64,000 nucleotides of DNA. Source: Microbacteriaceae bacterium (lineage in GTDB: Bacteria > Actinomycetota > Actinomycetes > Actinomycetales > Microbacteriaceae). The DNA lies in assembly GCA_947448845.1 (NCBI GenBank), contig CANFOX010000001.1, positions 216 through 64,215 of the forward strand, given 5' to 3'. Shown piece by piece: positions 19,387 through 29,556 of this stretch; position 1 is the first letter of the stretch; the number at the start of each line of letters is the position of its first letter. The translations under genes and the position numbers were made by a program. Under the pieces are notes generated by a model. The model did not search any database, was not told the DNA's origin, and saw only the letters and a list, made by a program, of their open reading frames with translations.

Positions 19387-22300
19387 ATGTTCAAGAAGAT
19401 CCTGGTTGCCAACCGCGGTGAGATTGCCATTCGCGCATTCCGTGCCGCATATGAACTTGGCGCTGCCACCGTGGCCGTTTTTCCATACGAGGATCGTAAT
19501 TCGAGTCATCGCCTGAAGGCAGACGAGGCTTATCAGATCGGCACTGTCGGGCACCCGGTGAGGGCCTATTTGGATGTCGACGAAATCATTCGCGTTGCTA
19601 AAGAATCTGGTGCCGATGCCATTTACCCCGGCTACGGATTCCTTTCTGAAAACCCCGATCTGGCTCGTGCTGCCGAAGCCAACGGCATTACCTTCATTGG
19701 CCCAAAGGCTGACATTCTTGAACTGGCCGGAAATAAGGTAAACGCCAAGTCGGCAGCCATTGCGGCCAATGTTCCGGTTCTTAAATCTTCACCTTCATCG
19801 GCTGACATCGAGGTATTAGTTTCGCAGGCTGCCGAAATTGGTTTTCCGCTATTCGTAAAGGCTGTAGCCGGTGGCGGTGGTCGCGGCATGCGTCGAGTTG
19901 CCGCCGCCGAAGAGCTTCGCGGTGCCCTTGCTGAGGCTATGCGCGAGGCAGACAGCGCCTTCGGAGACGCCCGTGTGTTTCTCGAGCAGGCAGTTCTTAG
20001 GCCTCGCCACATTGAGGTGCAGATTTTGGCCGATGGTGCTGCAGGCGTAGTTCACCTATTTGAGCGAGACTGCTCGGTGCAACGGCGCAACCAAAAGGTT
20101 GTTGAGATTGCACCCGCGCCACTGATTGACGAAGACCTTCGCCAAATGCTTTACCGGGATGCCGTAGCTTTCGCACGCGAGATTGGTTACAAAAACGCGG
20201 GAACCGTTGAATTCTTGATTGACACCGTCGGCGCCAATGCCGGAAAGCACGTGTTCATCGAGATGAACCCACGCATTCAGGTTGAGCACACGGTTACCGA
20301 AGAGATCACCGATATCGACCTAGTGCAGTCGCAGATGCGCATTGCCGCCGGTGAAACCCTTGAACAACTTGGGCTAACCCAAGACAAGATAACCCGGCAC
20401 GGCTTCGCCATTCAGTGCCGCATCACCACAGAAGACCCGGCGGCTGGCTTTAGGCCAGACACCGGAAAGATAACCACCTATCGCTCACCGGGAGGTGCTG
20501 GCATTCGCCTGGATGGTGGAACTGCAACGACCGGTAGCGAAGTTAGCCCGCACTTTGATTCGCTGCTCGTGAAACTCATTACCCGCGGGGCCACCTTTGA
20601 CGCGGCCGTCGTTCGGGCACGTCGTGCGCTCGCCGAGTTTCGCATCCGCGGTGTTAGCACCAACATTGCGTTCTTGCAGGCCGTGCTAAATGACCCAACA
20701 TTTGCCAGCGGAGACCTTTCGACCTCGTTTATCGACGAGCGCCCCGAATTGTTCACCGCCAAGCAGTCACAAGACCGCGGCACCAAGATTTTGCAGTGGC
20801 TTGCCGAGGTAACCGTGAACCAGCCCTGGGGCGCTCGCGGCACTCACATTAGCCCCGCGGTCAAGCTTCCTGCTGTTTCTATTTCAGAACCAGCCCCAGC
20901 CGGTTCGCGGGAACGCTTGCTTGAACTTGGGCCAGTTGGTTTCGCCAAAGCTCTTCGTGGGCAAACCGCGGTTGCCATTACCGACACCACATTTCGCGAT
21001 GCACATCAGTCGCTGCTTGCCACTCGCGTTCGCGGTCGCGATCTGGTTCAGGTTGCCCCCTATGTAGCTCGGCTAACCCCGCAACTACTCTCGGTTGAGG
21101 CCTGGGGCGGAGCCACCTATGACGTGGCGCTTCGTTTCTTAGGTGAAGACCCCTGGCAGCGCCTTGCTGCCCTTCGTGAGGCCATGCCAAACCTCTGCAT
21201 TCAGATGCTGCTTCGTGGCAGAAATACCGTTGGCTACACGCCTTACCCAACCGAGGTAACCGAGGCGTTTGTTGCCGAAGCGGCAGCTACCGGTGTTGAT
21301 ATTTTTAGAATTTTTGATGCTCTAAACGACGTTTCGCAAATGAAACCGGCAATCGATGCAGTTTTGAAAACCAAAACCGCTGTGGCCGAGGTTGCACTTT
21401 GCTACACCGCTGACCTGCTTGACCCAGCCGAAAAGCTATACACGCTGGATTATTACCTGAAGTTGGCAGACGAAATTGTTGCCGCCGGTGCCCACATAAT
21501 TGCCATCAAAGATATGGCTGGCCTGTTGCGCCCAGCCGCCGCGGCCAAGCTCGTGAAGGCTCTTCGAGAGCGCTTCGAAATTCCGGTTCACCTGCACACC
21601 CACGACACCGCCGGTGGTCAGTTGGCAACCCTAATGGCAGCCATTGATGCCGGCGTAGATGCGGTTGACGTGGCTAGCGCCCCGATGGCAGGCACCACAA
21701 GTCAACCGTCGGCTTCGGCGCTGGTCGCAGCACTGGCGCACACCGAGCGTGACAGCGGCATTCCGCTCGACTCGGTAACCTCGCTAGAGCCATACTGGGA
21801 GTCGGTACGCAAGGTTTATGCGCCCTTCGAATCGGGGCTTCCCGGCCCAACCGGGCGGGTCTATCGCCACGAAATTCCTGGTGGCCAGCTTTCGAACCTT
21901 CGCCAGCAAGCCATTGCGCTCGGCCTAGGAGATCATTTTGAACGTGTTGAAGAAATGTATGCCGCGGCCAGTGAGATTCTTGGCCGACCAACCAAGGTGA
22001 CGCCTTCATCCAAGGTGGTTGGAGATTTGGCACTACACCTGGTGGCAGTCAATGCCGACCCGAAAGATTTCGCCGAAAACCCGCAGAACTACGACATTCC
22101 AGATTCGGTGATTGGCTTCATGGCCGGCGAGTTGGGTGATTTACCTGGTGGCTGGCCAGAGCCTTTCCGCACCAAGGTACTGCAGGGTAAGACCGTTCGA
22201 TTCGGCCTCGCCGATGTCGCCGACGAAGACCTCGCGCTACTGAAGGGTTCAGATTCCAATGCGCGTCGAGCCACGCTCAATCGCTTATTGTTTGAAGGCC

Positions 22301-22794
22301 CCACCGCAGACTTCTTGAAGACCCGCGAAGCTTATGGCAACCTCGATCAGGTTGACACAGTTGATTACCTTTATGGGCTTCAGCAGGGTCACGAGCACGT
22401 TATCGAGATTGCCCGGGGTGTTCGCCTTTATGTGGGCCTTGAGGCAATCGGTGGCCCAGACGCGAGGGGTTACCGCACCGTGATGGCCACGCTAAACGGT
22501 CAACTTCGCCCAATTAACGTGCGCGATCAAAAGATTGCCGTAAACGTGGCTTCGGCAGAAAAAGCGGATGCCAAAAACCTCGGCCACGTTGCGGCACCAT
22601 TCGCCGGTGTAGTCACGTTGCAAACCGTGGAAGGCGCACACGTTGAGATTGGGCAACCAGTTGCCACTATTGAAGCCATGAAGATGGAAGCCACGATAAC
22701 TTCTAACGTTGCCGGGGTAGTGAAACGCCTTGGTATTTCAAAGACTGCGCCAGTTGAAGCCGGTGACTTGATTTTGGTTGTAGAGCCGGCCTAA
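19387..22794 (+). CDS. pyc: Pyruvate carboxylase
   Basis: Biotin carboxylase (ANRGEIA, GYGFLSE, EMNPRIQVEH), carboxyltransferase (RDAHQSL, HLHTHDT), biotinyl EAMKM. Confidence 0.98.
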   Translation: MFKKILVANRGEIAIRAFRAAYELGAATVAVFPYEDRNSSHRLKADEAYQIGTVGHPVRAYLDVDEIIRVAKESGADAIYPGYGFLSENPDLARAAEANGITFIGPKADILELAGNKVNAKSAAIAANVPVLKSSPSSADIEVLVSQAAEIGFPLFVKAVAGGGGRGMRRVAAAEELRGALAEAMREADSAFGDARVFLEQAVLRPRHIEVQILADGAAGVVHLFERDCSVQRRNQKVVEIAPAPLIDEDLRQMLYRDAVAFAREIGYKNAGTVEFLIDTVGANAGKHVFIEMNPRIQVEHTVTEEITDIDLVQSQMRIAAGETLEQLGLTQDKITRHGFAIQCRITTEDPAAGFRPDTGKITTYRSPGGAGIRLDGGTATTGSEVSPHFDSLLVKLITRGATFDAAVVRARRALAEFRIRGVSTNIAFLQAVLNDPTFASGDLSTSFIDERPELFTAKQSQDRGTKILQWLAEVTVNQPWGARGTHISPAVKLPAVSISEPAPAGSRERLLELGPVGFAKALRGQTAVAITDTTFRDAHQSLLATRVRGRDLVQVAPYVARLTPQLLSVEAWGGATYDVALRFLGEDPWQRLAALREAMPNLCIQMLLRGRNTVGYTPYPTEVTEAFVAEAAATGVDIFRIFDALNDVSQMKPAIDAVLKTKTAVAEVALCYTADLLDPAEKLYTLDYYLKLADEIVAAGAHIIAIKDMAGLLRPAAAAKLVKALRERFEIPVHLHTHDTAGGQLATLMAAIDAGVDAVDVASAPMAGTTSQPSASALVAALAHTERDSGIPLDSVTSLEPYWESVRKVYAPFESGLPGPTGRVYRHEIPGGQLSNLRQQAIALGLGDHFERVEEMYAAASEILGRPTKVTPSSKVVGDLALHLVAVNADPKDFAENPQNYDIPDSVIGFMAGELGDLPGGWPEPFRTKVLQGKTVRFGLADVADEDLALLKGSDSNARRATLNRLLFEGPTADFLKTREAYGNLDQVDTVDYLYGLQQGHEHVIEIARGVRLYVGLEAIGGPDARGYRTVMATLNGQLRPINVRDQKIAVNVASAEKADAKNLGHVAAPFAGVVTLQTVEGAHVEIGQPVATIEAMKMEATITSNVAGVVKRLGISKTAPVEAGDLILVVEPA

Positions 22795-22877
22795 CTTTTT
22801 TGCAATGCAATGCCGTGGTTGGATTGGTAAAATCAACCGGGGCAAAAGGTAGTAACCCATTTCAAGGAGCACGAACT

Positions 22878-24035
22878 ATGGCTGTAAAAAAGAGCAACGA
22901 TTCGAACGAAGCCCCGAAAGAAGTGGCACCGATCGTAAAGCCTTCAGATGCCAGCAATATTGAGCTTTCTGCAGAGCTTGCTAGCATCGATATCACTCCT
23001 GCCGCTGCCGCCCCTGTTGACGACACCGACCTCGAGCTAGTTCGCCGCGGAAACTACAGCCGCCGCGACCGCATTCAGGGAAACACTTTTGACCAGCCAG
23101 AGCCGGCTGCCATGCTTACCGCAGACCGTCTAATCGATGCCAGTAGCCGAAACCGCACTGCGCCTGAATCTGGTTGGCGCCGCTGGCTGTTCTTCGTTAG
23201 CTTGAAGACCGTCAACCTTGGCGACTCACTGAAGGTTCGTGAACGCAAGGCCCTTGACTCGAGAATTGGTGCTGCCCTAGATGGTGGCGCCCGCTTCGTG
23301 CCTGTGCTCACTCGTAAGGGCGGCGTTGGCAAAACCACGGTTACCACCCTGCTTGGCATGGCGATGGCCCTAGTTCGAGAAGACCGCGTTATTGCCATTG
23401 ACGCCAACCCAGACCGCGGAACTTTGGCCGAGCGGGTTAGTAAGTCAACGCGTTTCACCGTTCGCGACGTTGTGAACCGTGCGGCCGCAATTGACGGGTT
23501 TACCGAGTTCTCGAACATGGTTTCGCGAGATGCGACCCGTCTTCACGTTTTGGCTTCAGACACCGACCCGATGCTTTCAGAAGCTTTCAACGAGGGTGAC
23601 TACAACGTAGTTGCAGATATGGCTGCCCGCTATTACTCGGTGGTCTTAACCGACTGCGGAACCGGCATTGTGCACTCGGTCATGCGCCCTACCTTGCAGC
23701 GTGCCAATGGGCTGGTAATTGTTTCCGGTGGTTCGGTTGACGAGGCGCGTTTGGCTTCTGAGACGCTTACCTGGCTTGAGGCCAATGGCTATGGCGACCT
23801 GGTTCGAAACTCGGTTGTGGCCCTTAATACCGCCACTCAGGCCACTCAACTAGTGAAACTTGATGAAATTGAACAACACTTCAAGACTCGTGTTCGCCGC
23901 GTAGTTCGCATTCCCTACGACCAGGCGCTTGCCGCTGGCTCAGTAATTAAATTCAGCGAACTTCGAAAGCTAACCCGTGACGCGGCTCGAGAACTTGCAG
24001 CCGCAGTCGTTGACGGGCTAGTAGCCAACAACTAA
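22878..24035 (+). CDS. MinD/ParA-family ATPase (EspI/Rv0530-like C-terminal domain) with disordered N-terminus
   Basis: [29 protein letters not shown]; ATG 22878 follows SD AAGGAG and -10 TAAAAT at 22828. Confidence 0.85.
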   Translation: MAVKKSNDSNEAPKEVAPIVKPSDASNIELSAELASIDITPAAAAPVDDTDLELVRRGNYSRRDRIQGNTFDQPEPAAMLTADRLIDASSRNRTAPESGWRRWLFFVSLKTVNLGDSLKVRERKALDSRIGAALDGGARFVPVLTRKGGVGKTTVTTLLGMAMALVREDRVIAIDANPDRGTLAERVSKSTRFTVRDVVNRAAAIDGFTEFSNMVSRDATRLHVLASDTDPMLSEAFNEGDYNVVADMAARYYSVVLTDCGTGIVHSVMRPTLQRANGLVIVSGGSVDEARLASETLTWLEANGYGDLVRNSVVALNTATQATQLVKLDEIEQHFKTRVRRVVRIPYDQALAAGSVIKFSELRKLTRDAARELAAAVVDGLVANN

Positions 24036-24037
24036 CG

Positions 24038-24544
24038 GTGGCAGTTCGCGAGATTCGCCTTTTCGGCGACCCGGTTCTGGCGTCTGTTTGCGACCCGGTT
24101 GCCGATTTTTCGAAATCTACCGCCGCGTTGGTTCGAGATCTGCTCGATACAACCGAGTTACCGGGCCGTGCCGGCGTGGCTGCACCGCAGATTGGCGTTT
24201 CGCTTCGTGCCTTTAGTTATCACGTTGATGGAAAGCTTGGCTACATTCTGAACCCGGTGCTAGTTGAAGCTAGCGGGGCAGTGGTTGAGGTTGACGAAGG
24301 GTGTCTTTCGGTGCCAGGGCTCTGGCACAAAACTCCAAGACATGAATTCGCCCGCGTTGAAGGGTTTAACCTTGCCGGAGAAAAAGTTCAACTGGAAGGC
24401 AACGGACTTATGGGGCAAATGCTTCAGCACGAAACCGACCACCTTGATGGCAAGCTCTATCTTGATCGCCTAACGCCAGAAGAGCGCAAACTAGCCATGC
24501 GTGAGGTGCGAGGCGCAGATTGGTTTATTTCTCGTCTCGCATAA
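24038..24544 (+). CDS. def: Peptide deformylase
   Basis: [27 protein letters not shown]. Confidence 0.95.
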   Translation: MAVREIRLFGDPVLASVCDPVADFSKSTAALVRDLLDTTELPGRAGVAAPQIGVSLRAFSYHVDGKLGYILNPVLVEASGAVVEVDEGCLSVPGLWHKTPRHEFARVEGFNLAGEKVQLEGNGLMGQMLQHETDHLDGKLYLDRLTPEERKLAMREVRGADWFISRLA

Positions 24545-26360
24545 CCGAGATTTCACCGGTTGGCGCACCTGAGGCATAGAGCGCTTCAACATACGAATCA
24601 AAATCGGTAAGCACCTTCTCGCGTTTCACCTTCAAAGAAGGGGTCAGGTGACCGCTTTCCTCGGTAACCTCGCTCGGAACAATCACAAATTTTCGAATCT
24701 GTTCTGCCTTAGAAAAACGCTTGTTGACTCGATCTACCGAGGCTTGAACCTCGGCCAAAATCTTTGGATTCCGACTAGCCTGCTCTAGGGTCAGGGCTGA
24801 ATCAAGTTGGTTATTAGCTAGCCAAAGCGGAAGCATCTCGGAGTCTAAAAAGATTAGTGCGGCAACGAATGGTTGACGGTCTCCAACCACAAGTGCTTGA
24901 CCAATGATTGGGTCGGCGCGAAGCGGGTCTTCCAACAAGGCGGGAGCAACATTTTTGCCACCAGCGGTAACGATGAGCTCTTTTTTTCTACCGGTAATAC
25001 TCAGATAGCCATTCTCATCGAGTTGGCCAATGTCGCCAGTTTTAAACCATCCGTCTTCGAATGCATCAGCGGTAGCCTTCTCGTTGCGCCAGTAACCGCG
25101 CAGCAGATTGCTTCCGTTCAGAAGAATTTCGCCATCCGGGGCTATTTTTATGCCGCAACCTGGAAGCGGGCTTCCCACTTTGCCAATTCGAATCTGGGTT
25201 GGGCGAGTGATTAGCGCCGGGGCGGTGGTCTCGGTTAGCCCGTACCCCTCGAGCACAATTAGGCCCAGCGCTCGATAGAAGTGACCGAGTCGCGTGCCAA
25301 GCGGGGCACCGCCAGAAACCGCATATTTCACCCGGCCGCCCATAGCCGCGCGAAGTTTGCTGAGAACTAGAAAATCGAAGAACTTAAATTGGATGCGAAG
25401 ACCCAAACTTGGCCCAGCTTCAGTGTCGAGTGCTTTCGAGTATGCAATTGCAGTATGGGCGGCAGTTCTGAAGATGCCACCTCGACCGCTTGATTCAGCC
25501 TTTTGCTCTGCTGTGTTGTAAACCTTCTCGAAAACTCTTGGCACGGCAAGCAAGAAGGTTGGCTTGAAACTCAGCATCGAAGGCATTACATTCTTGGTGT
25601 CTGGCTGGTGACCAACTTTTATGCCGCCAAATACGCAGAGAACCGAGATGAATCTTGCCAGAACATGGGCAAGTGGAAGAAACAGTAGCGTTGAAGCACC
25701 GGCAAAGATGACTTCTGGCAGCTCTAGGGCGGCATTTCTTGACAGGTCAACAAAACCGCGATGCGTGAGTTCGCAACCCTTTGGCCTACCCGTGGTTCCC
25801 GAGGTGTAAATCAGGGTGGCTAGATCGTTTAGTTTGGCTGAGGTGCGGCGTTGCTGCAAAGTTTCAGCCGAAACCTCTTTGCCGAGTCGGGAAACCGTTT
25901 GAAGATCATCAGATTCAATAACCCAAACCTGCCGAACCAACGGGGCGTTGTTCTTTATTTCTTCAAAGCGGGCCAGAAGTTCGGCGTTTTCAACAATGAG
26001 CGCCACCGCATCGGAGTCAGAGAGAATCCACTCCATTTGGTTTGGGGCAGAACTTTCATAGATGGGCACAGGAATCGCGCCGGCGAACCAAAGTGCGAAA
26101 TCAATCAGGGTCCATTCGAAGCGAGTTTTACTCATGATGGCCACGGCTTGGCCCGGTTGAATTCCAGCGGCAATCAAACCCTTGGCCAGGTTTTCAACCT
26201 GCTCTAAGAAGTTTGCCGACGAAACGTCTTTCCAGCCCTTGTCGGAGTCAAGTGAAAACAGCGGCAGGTTTGGGCTAAGTGCGACCCTTTCTAAAAGAAG
26301 GTCGGTGATGTTTGAGTTTGCCGGTGATTCCACCAGTGACGCAACCTCAAAACTTTGCAC
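24525..26360 (-). CDS. Long-chain fatty acid-CoA ligase (FadD15-like)
   Basis: [41 protein letters not shown]; SD GGAGGT. Confidence 0.93.
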   Translation of the reverse strand: MQSFEVASLVESPANSNITDLLLERVALSPNLPLFSLDSDKGWKDVSSANFLEQVENLAKGLIAAGIQPGQAVAIMSKTRFEWTLIDFALWFAGAIPVPIYESSAPNQMEWILSDSDAVALIVENAELLARFEEIKNNAPLVRQVWVIESDDLQTVSRLGKEVSAETLQQRRTSAKLNDLATLIYTSGTTGRPKGCELTHRGFVDLSRNAALELPEVIFAGASTLLFLPLAHVLARFISVLCVFGGIKVGHQPDTKNVMPSMLSFKPTFLLAVPRVFEKVYNTAEQKAESSGRGGIFRTAAHTAIAYSKALDTEAGPSLGLRIQFKFFDFLVLSKLRAAMGGRVKYAVSGGAPLGTRLGHFYRALGLIVLEGYGLTETTAPALITRPTQIRIGKVGSPLPGCGIKIAPDGEILLNGSNLLRGYWRNEKATADAFEDGWFKTGDIGQLDENGYLSITGRKKELIVTAGGKNVAPALLEDPLRADPIIGQALVVGDRQPFVAALIFLDSEMLPLWLANNQLDSALTLEQASRNPKILAEVQASVDRVNKRFSKAEQIRKFVIVPSEVTEESGHLTPSLKVKREKVLTDFDSYVEALYASGAPTGEISVMRDEK

Positions 26361-26468
26361 TCTTACCTCCGATTAGGCGTTTTGATAACTCTATTGGTTG
26401 TCGGCAAATTGCACACGGTTAGAAAGCTTGAATCAGACCCTAAAATTGAGCCGGATGACGGAGGCAAA

Positions 26469-27413
26469 ATGCACGCAATCGGAATAGACATCGGCGGCAC
26501 CAAAATTGCAGGTGGGCTCGTTGATGGTTCTGGCAATATTCTGAAGGAACTCAGGGTTCCAACGCCGTCGAATGACCCAGAGGCCATTGTGGCTGCGGTG
26601 GTTGGTCTCACCAACCAGCTGGCGCAAGGTGAAAGTGTCATTGGCGTTGGCGTTGCCGCCGCCGGGTTCGTCGATGCCAACCGTGAAAACATTGTTTACG
26701 CACCTAACCTTTCTTGGCGCAATGAGCCTTTCAAGGCAAAGCTCTCAGCCAAACTTGACCTCCCGGTGATTATTGAAAACGATGCCAGGGCAGCCGGTTG
26801 GGCCGAGTTTGCTTACGGTGCCGGAAAAGAAGCTAGCCACATGATTTTGCTAACCATTGGCACCGGAGTTGGTGGGGCAGTGGTTTCGAACTCACAACTG
26901 CAACGAGGCAAGTTTGGATTCGCTGGGGAACTCGGCCACATCAGGGTGGTTCCCAACGGATTACTTTGCGGCTGCGGGCAACACGGTTGCATCGAACAGT
27001 ATGGTTCTGGGTCGGCGCTTTTGCGGGAAGCGAAGGCTTTGGTAGCCAGTGGTGAGCCTAAGGGTGCTCGGTTGAAAGAACTTCAAGAATCAGCCGGTGA
27101 GCTCACTGGCAACGAGGTTTATCAGGCAATTAGTGAGGGCGACCCGGCGGCTCTAGAATTGCTCGCCGAACTTGGTTCCTGGCTCGGGCAAACAATTGCC
27201 ACGCTGTGTGCGGCTATTGACCCAGAGGTTGTCGTTATCGGTGGTGGCGTTTCTGCCGCCGGTGATTTGCTGCTAAACCCAATTCGCGAAGCTTATTTGA
27301 CGCACCTGCCAGCTCGCGATTACCGCCCGAAGTTAGAGGTGGTTCCAGCCAAGTTCTTGAACGATGCCGGCGTAATCGGGGTTGCAGATCTGGTGCGGGT
27401 GGCCCAGTCCTAG
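26469..27413 (+). CDS. glk: ROK family glucokinase
   Basis: GIDIGGTK, ENDA, GTGVG, GELGH, CGCGQHGCIE; ATG 26469 follows GGAGG. Confidence 0.92.
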   Translation: MHAIGIDIGGTKIAGGLVDGSGNILKELRVPTPSNDPEAIVAAVVGLTNQLAQGESVIGVGVAAAGFVDANRENIVYAPNLSWRNEPFKAKLSAKLDLPVIIENDARAAGWAEFAYGAGKEASHMILLTIGTGVGGAVVSNSQLQRGKFGFAGELGHIRVVPNGLLCGCGQHGCIEQYGSGSALLREAKALVASGEPKGARLKELQESAGELTGNEVYQAISEGDPAALELLAELGSWLGQTIATLCAAIDPEVVVIGGGVSAAGDLLLNPIREAYLTHLPARDYRPKLEVVPAKFLNDAGVIGVADLVRVAQS

Positions 27414-27475
27414 GTGATTTGCACCTTCTTGGCTAAAATTTAGGTTAATTGCAAACCGTTGGATGGTGACCCCAA

Positions 27476-28165
27476 GTGACTTACTTCATTCTGAAGAATT
27501 TTGTGCTTGGGCCGCTATTACGCATTTTGTTTCGCCCTTGGATTCGCGGAAGCGAAAATATTCCAAGCAGTGGTGCGGCTATTTTGGCAAGCAATCACCT
27601 TTCGTTTTCAGACTCAATTTTCTTGCCACTACTAACTCGCCGCCCGGTTGTTTTCTTGGCCAAGAGCGAATACTTCACCGGTAAAGGCCTCAAGGGGGCA
27701 CTTAGCCGCTGGTTCTTCAAATCAACCGGCCAACTTCCAATTGATCGCTCTGGCGGCAAGGCATCCGAGGCGTCTTTGAACACCGGATTGGGTGTGCTTG
27801 AACAGGGCCAGTTGCTTGGCATTTACCCCGAGGGCACGAGAAGCCCAGATGGAAAGCTATATCGTGGCCGCACTGGAATTGCCCGCATGGTTCTCGAGGC
27901 TAAAGTTCCGGTAATTCCGGTAGCCATGATTGACACCGAAAAAGTGCAATCGATTGGTCAAAAGTTGCCAAAGATACGACGTGTTGGAGTGGTGGTGGGC
28001 AAGCCGCTAGATTTCTCTCGCTTCGATGGCATGGAGGGTGATCGCATTGTGCTTCGCGCCATCACCGACGAGATTATGTATGAGCTTCTAAAGCTAAGCG
28101 GCCAGGAATACCAAGACGTGTATGCCAGCTCGGTGAAAAGCCGCCGCGCCGCCCTCGTAAGATAG
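27476..28165 (+). CDS. plsC: 1-acyl-sn-glycerol-3-phosphate acyltransferase
   Basis: NHLSFSD (HX4D), YPEGTRS. Confidence 0.9.
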   Translation: MTYFILKNFVLGPLLRILFRPWIRGSENIPSSGAAILASNHLSFSDSIFLPLLTRRPVVFLAKSEYFTGKGLKGALSRWFFKSTGQLPIDRSGGKASEASLNTGLGVLEQGQLLGIYPEGTRSPDGKLYRGRTGIARMVLEAKVPVIPVAMIDTEKVQSIGQKLPKIRRVGVVVGKPLDFSRFDGMEGDRIVLRAITDEIMYELLKLSGQEYQDVYASSVKSRRAALVR

Positions 28166-28194
28166 AGACTTTACAAACAAAAAAAAGGAACCTG

Positions 28195-29556
28195 ATGAGT
28201 GAAAAGACAGTTGCGGTCGACCCTGCGGTTTTGAGCGGGCTCGAGAACTATCGCAACTTGCCAGCCGCTCAGCAGCCAACCTGGCCTGATGCCGCAGAAC
28301 TTGCCAAGGTTCAGGCGCAACTTTCGGTTCTTCCTCCACTGGTGTTCGCCGGTGAGGTTGACCGCCTTCGCGATCAGTTAGCTTTGGCCGCCAGCGGTAA
28401 AGCCTTTCTCTTGCAAGGCGGCGACTGTGCTGAAACTTTTGCTGATGCCACCGCAGACCGCATTCGCAATCGCGTCAAAACTTTGCTTCAAATGGCCGTG
28501 GTGCTTATGTATGGCTCCTCGCTGCCAATCGTGAAGATGGGTCGCATGGCCGGGCAATTCGCCAAGCCTCGCTCGTCAAACGACGAAACCCGAGACGGCG
28601 TTACTTTGCCTGCTTACCGGGGTGACGCTGTAAACGGTTACGAGTTCACGCCGGAATCACGCGCCCATGACCCACGCCGACTGCTTGATGCCTACCACAC
28701 ATCTTCATCCACTTTGAATTTGATTCGCGCTTTCACCACCGGCGGTTTCGCAGATCTGCGCTCGGTGCACGACTGGAACAAGGGGTTCACCGATAACCCC
28801 GCCAATGCGCGGTATGAGTCACTGGCTCGCGAGATTGATCGCGCGGTTCGTTTTATGTCAGCCGCCGGCGTAGATGCTGCCGAACTTCGTTCCACCGATT
28901 TCTATGTGAGTCACGAGGGTTTGCTATTCGACTACGAACGCCCAATGACTCGCATTGATTCGCGCACTGGAACCCCTTATGACACCTCGGGTCACTTTAT
29001 TTGGATTGGTGAGCGCACCCGCCAGATGGATCACGCCCACATTGATTTCATGTCACGCATTCGCAACCCGATTGGCGTGAAACTTGGGCCAAACACCTCG
29101 GTTGACGATGTTCTAGAGCTAATCGACAAACTCGACCCAAACCGTGAACCAGGCCGTTTGACCTTCATTACTCGAATGGGCGCGCCGAAGATTCGCGAGG
29201 CTTTGCCAAAACTTGTTGAGGCCGTAAAGGCTTCAGACGCCAACCCACTCTGGATTACCGACCCAATGCACGGAAACGGGATCACCACCAAGAACGGTTA
29301 CAAGTCACGTCGATTTGATGATGTTATGGATGAAGTGCGCGGTTTCTTTGAAGTACACACCGCGGCCGGAACTTTTCCTGGCGGAATTCACATTGAACTT
29401 ACCGGTGACGACGTTGCAGAGTGCCTCGGTGGCTCAGAAATGATCGATGAGGCCACCCTGGAAGAGCGTTACGAGTCGCTTTGTGACCCACGCCTAAACC
29501 ACATGCAGTCACTAGAACTTGCCTTCTTGGTGGCAGAAGAGTTGGCTAACCGCTAA
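28195..29556 (+). CDS. aroG: Class II 3-deoxy-7-phosphoheptulonate (DAHP) synthase
   Basis: LQGGDCAE, GRMAGQFAKPRS, WIGERTR, DPMHGN, CDPRLN. Confidence 0.95.
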   Translation: MSEKTVAVDPAVLSGLENYRNLPAAQQPTWPDAAELAKVQAQLSVLPPLVFAGEVDRLRDQLALAASGKAFLLQGGDCAETFADATADRIRNRVKTLLQMAVVLMYGSSLPIVKMGRMAGQFAKPRSSNDETRDGVTLPAYRGDAVNGYEFTPESRAHDPRRLLDAYHTSSSTLNLIRAFTTGGFADLRSVHDWNKGFTDNPANARYESLAREIDRAVRFMSAAGVDAAELRSTDFYVSHEGLLFDYERPMTRIDSRTGTPYDTSGHFIWIGERTRQMDHAHIDFMSRIRNPIGVKLGPNTSVDDVLELIDKLDPNREPGRLTFITRMGAPKIREALPKLVEAVKASDANPLWITDPMHGNGITTKNGYKSRRFDDVMDEVRGFFEVHTAAGTFPGGIHIELTGDDVAECLGGSEMIDEATLEERYESLCDPRLNHMQSLELAFLVAEELANR

